A DNA stretch of 64,000 nt from Basidiobolus meristosporus CBS 931.73 (lineage: Eukaryota; Fungi; Basidiobolomycota): assembly GCA_002104905.1 (NCBI GenBank), contig MCFE01000192.1, positions 62,001 through 126,000 of the forward strand, written 5' to 3'. Position 1 is the first letter of the stretch, and each line of letters opens with the position of its first letter. The notes beneath the pieces were generated by a model that did no database searches, had not been told where the DNA came from, and saw nothing but the letters and a program-made list of their open reading frames with translations. The position numbers and the translations under genes were made by a program. Positions 60,360-64,000 of this stretch are shown piece after piece.

Positions 60360-62448
60360 AAATGGCAAAGTTTCAAGTGTTGATGCACAACACCCTTATG
60401 CAGTGATATAATTTTTGTGCGCTCTTTTTTTGAGGTATTATTGCTATATTTCAAAGACACACCAGTGTTCCTCTGCCGTTATATTGGGAATTAGCTCAAT
60501 TCTTGGCTTTCACATTGAGCTACTTGAATTTTCTCCTTGCAGCATGGATACTGTGCTCCTTACCAGGAATATTGATTGCTATACATGGATTATCTGCTCA
60601 TCCTATCTCTGGACTGCTTCCTGACTTCTCAGGGCCATTGCATCCATCCCATTAGCCACTGCACCTAATTGCCACACTAGATCTTTGCTGTGAGCTGACA
60701 ACATACTTGCTGAGTAATGGTAGCAGTGCCGTTATCACAGTCATTTGCTGGTCCTCCACCAGTGGTACAGTGTTAGCCACAATCTCATCTGTCTGCAAAT
60801 TGTGGCCAGCTTGTATCTCCACAGACATTTATTGAGTGACTACCAGACTGAGAGCCTGAGGAGTCCACATTATTACCACCAGTGCTCATACAGCCAACGT
60901 ATTCTTTTTTGGATATAGCCCTGCTAATTGCATTAAATGTCAGAGCAAGCTGTTGTCCAACCTTTTTTCTGCTATTTTCAGTGGTGTGGCTTGGTTGGGG
61001 ACCATAGAACTTTGCTTTATTTTTTGCGGGTATATGTATATGAGTGAGTCAAGCTATAAGGAAAATATACTACTTGTATGTATATATGTGGTGCCATACC
61101 TTCTCATAATACTTACTTTATTAGGTTATCATTGAATCTTATGTTCATGAAGGTGTATTGTCTCAAATATTGACTGTCTTGAAATCATAGAAGTACTGAC
61201 AAAAAGTGACATATGAGCATTGTATTGTTCAGTGTCAAGTAGTTGGCCCCATGGACAAGACTTCTTTGATTAAATGCTGTAAGAGAAGGGAAAAGCAACC
61301 ATAAGGCTATTGTAACATGCCTCTCAGCCATGAAACACACATACTGTATAATAAGTATCATAACAGTCATGGTCAGTGTTTTCCCAAACAAGTCATATTT
61401 CGACATTCATCCATCTTTGCTGTACCAACAATATCTTGGCAGCCACTTGATACTTTGATAATGGCTCCTAGCTGTACTGGTCACATTGTGTAAGTCAATT
61501 AAGGAGAGTTTATGATATATTTGGGCTCACCTCAGCTTTCTGTAGGAGTATTTGTCCAGAAGCATATCACCAATGCCAACTTGACACTTTGACAGCTTTC
61601 ATGCAAGGAGTTTGTGATGAGACTTGTGCAGCTATACTACATGAATAGAGCTGAATATGCAGATCTCTACCACTACTGCATCCATGTTTTACTCCATCTT
61701 GCTTTGTGAGTAGAGAATATTGTACCTTGTTTTTCCTTTTGGGAGTTTCCTGTAGGGCAGATGTATGGGGAGATAGGAAGATATGTTAACTTGCAAGTAC
61801 TACTATACCCAAATCTCATCAAGAGTATAACCGTCAAGTCCGTCATGATTGTGATGAGTTTTCACATAGAGGACAGCTGGGACAAGTTGGAAAGTATTGT
61901 GGAGAGCTGTGCATATGGAAACATCTAGGCCTTTGGCATTAAGAAACAAAGCGGCCCCAATATGTGGGTTTCAGTTATGCAATGCAAAGCTGGGCAGGAC
62001 GCAACAAGCAACCAGATCTTATTAGGATAACCGTATCAAAGTATTCTGGGTTTCTGTTGAGCACAAGCTGATTTCTTTACCTTTCAGTACAGATTTCATA
62101 CAAACAAGAATCACATTGTATGTGCAAAGGGGACTAGAGTCCAGTAGGGAGAAGGAATATGTTGGATAAGCACTAAGAAGTATTTTGTAGATATTCAAGA
62201 AGTATCCAAGGCAAAAGTGGTGGCAACCAAGCAGATGTTTGCCAGATGTATATGTTGCCTGTAATACAAGGTGTTTGGTAACTTTGCAAGTATTGCACTA
62301 AAAACCATAAGTTGAGGTAATAGCAGTGTGTCAATTGCAGCAGCTGTGTATGTTAGTACAGGCTAGTCAGCAGGAGGCCAAGTTTTTATTAATTCAACCT
62401 ATGATCTGGATTGGATCTACCTGTGGGACCAAATTATTTCTCATAGGG
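60360..62448 (+). mobile_element. Internally deleted CACTA-like copy (ORF1 5' part, intergenic spacer, transposase pieces, terminus)
   Basis: Collinear with 26850-27790, then 28800-29560; ends TTTCTCATAGGG. Confidence 0.72.
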
Positions 62449-62510
62449 GTAAGATTCAATGAACACCGGCCCTAGAAATCATTATAAATAAAGCTGTAGC
62501 TTTACATACA

Positions 62511-64000
62511 TGTTATGATCTACTGCTTGAATGTTTAAGTTAGATCAGTTTTTAGTCAAATCAATTAGTTATATGCTTAGCTTATCAGTATGTCAGTATT
62601 ATCTATCAAATCAGTAGCATTAGTCAGCAAAAGAATCAGTAGATCCTTATCAGACAGGATTAGATATAATAGGTAGGATCTTATTGGGTGATGATGATGC
62701 AATCAAATGAGTCATCAGCCACAGCCTACATTAGGAAATACAACTAGTCAGAAATTAATCTGGTAAAATGTATATAAAGAGCTGCTGGAACCTCAATAAA
62801 AATCAGTTCAAGTTTTAGTGAATACAATACTAGCTAAACTCCCTATTCCTCTTGAACTCTTATACCAAGACTTGTAACATTGGTATCAGCAATAACCAGT
62901 AACCTCCCTCCTGACAAAAGAAGAAGCCTCCCTTAAGATGTCCAAAATCTAGAATGGAAAAATGCTATGCAACAAATCCTGGCCCAGCAGCAACAGTTAC
63001 TCCAGATCCTTAGCAAGCAGCAACAAGGAATGACTATCATGGCCCAAAGCCAGCAAAACCCTGTCAAGAGCAACTTTAATGTGAAGGTCAACTGGTACCA
63101 TGGTAGAGTTAATGAAAACCTGGGAACTTGGCTCTTCCAGATTGAAGAAGCTTTCTAGGCAAAGGGTATTGCTCCAGAAAGCAAGTTACATTATGCAGCC
63201 TCTTACCTGGCAGATGCAGCTTTACAGTGGTACCACAACAAGATCAGGTCAACCACCATGATGGGATGCTCTACAATCTCTACCTGAGATGCGTTTATGT
63301 TGGAAACTCAGGATACTGCTGAGCCCCCTCACCAACAGACATTACTCAGAAGAAAGTTGAAGACACTCAGACAGAAAGGAAAGGTCCAAAAGTTCATCTA
63401 TGAATATAGATGTCTACTTGGACAAATTGCAAGATTGGACCCTCTGGATCATGTTGAATACTGTATTGATGGGTTGAAAGTAAGAACACATAAGGAGGTG
63501 AATTATCTAAGACCTCAGACTATTGAAGTAGCCATCAAAATTGCCATTGACTATGACTCAGCTATGTTTGGAATTGGGAAGCCCACAATGACTAATCAGA
63601 GAGGCTACAATCACCATGAAAGAAGACAATTAGAAGCAGTGCCAGTGGAAATAGATGCTATGCAGAAGGATCCTACCTCAGAAGAATGTAAGAAGAAAGG
63701 ACCTTGCTTAAATTGCCACCAGCAGAGGCATATTGCAAAGTACTGCCCTCAAAGAAGAAATGGACACCAGACATTGAGAGCCTTTAATCATATTGAAGCC
63801 CTGGAGCATAGTAACATGGAGGATGAGCTTGAAGAAGACTTAGAATGCACCTTCTATTCAGGAGAAGAATACATATCCCAGATGACCTCAAACTCAGGAA
63901 AGCTATTATACTTGAATGGAGTAATCAATGGAGTACCTGCCAAGATCATGATTGACTCAGGAGCATTGCATGAGTACATGTCGGAGCAATTTGCTTTGAA
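62511..64000 (+). mobile_element. Ty3/gypsy 5' part: LTR 62511-62879, PBS, gag, protease (runs off the window)
   Basis: TG...CA LTR, PBS TGGTATCAG, retrotransposon-gag-like WLFQIEE / AALQWY, zinc knuckle CLNCHQQRHIAKYC, protease IDSGA; in-frame stops present. Confidence 0.9.

Noticed and set aside
23560-64000. Classical Neurospora-type CpA RIP
   Set aside because: CA/TG is abundant and CG is what is missing; the linked gene duplicates are unmutated.
23560-64000. Host genes among the many short ORFs in the repeat block
   Set aside because: Those I could place are broken transposon frames or their antisense shadows; none showed a cellular protein motif.
1-64000. CRISPR array, rRNA or tRNA genes
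   Set aside because: No regularly spaced short repeats or recognisable structural RNA; the tRNA-complementary bits are retrotransposon primer sites.

Overview
Eukaryotic, intron-poor DNA, most likely fungal (my inference from gene and transposon families), in two sharply different halves. (1) 1-23.4 kb is a CpG-normal sugar-uptake cluster. An intronless hexokinase sits among eight intact GLUT-like (MFS sugar porter) genes and two relic fragments. Six of these transporter genes are nearly identical in DNA, but the identity stops at or near the start and stop codons and shows mosaic gene-conversion patterns. The most divergent paralog alone carries an intron. (2) About 23.56-64 kb is a CpG-stripped block of nested, decayed transposons. 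It contains a CACTA/En-Spm-like family with CCCTATGAAAAA termini, a 3-bp TSD and two divergent ORFs; two Ty1/copia families with full-length copies, LTRs, 5-bp TSDs and half-tRNA-type PBS; a Ty3/gypsy family; and a 731-bp foldback element inserted in a transposase. No rRNA, tRNA or CRISPR array was seen. All coordinates were read by hand, and the boundaries of degraded fragments are approximate.
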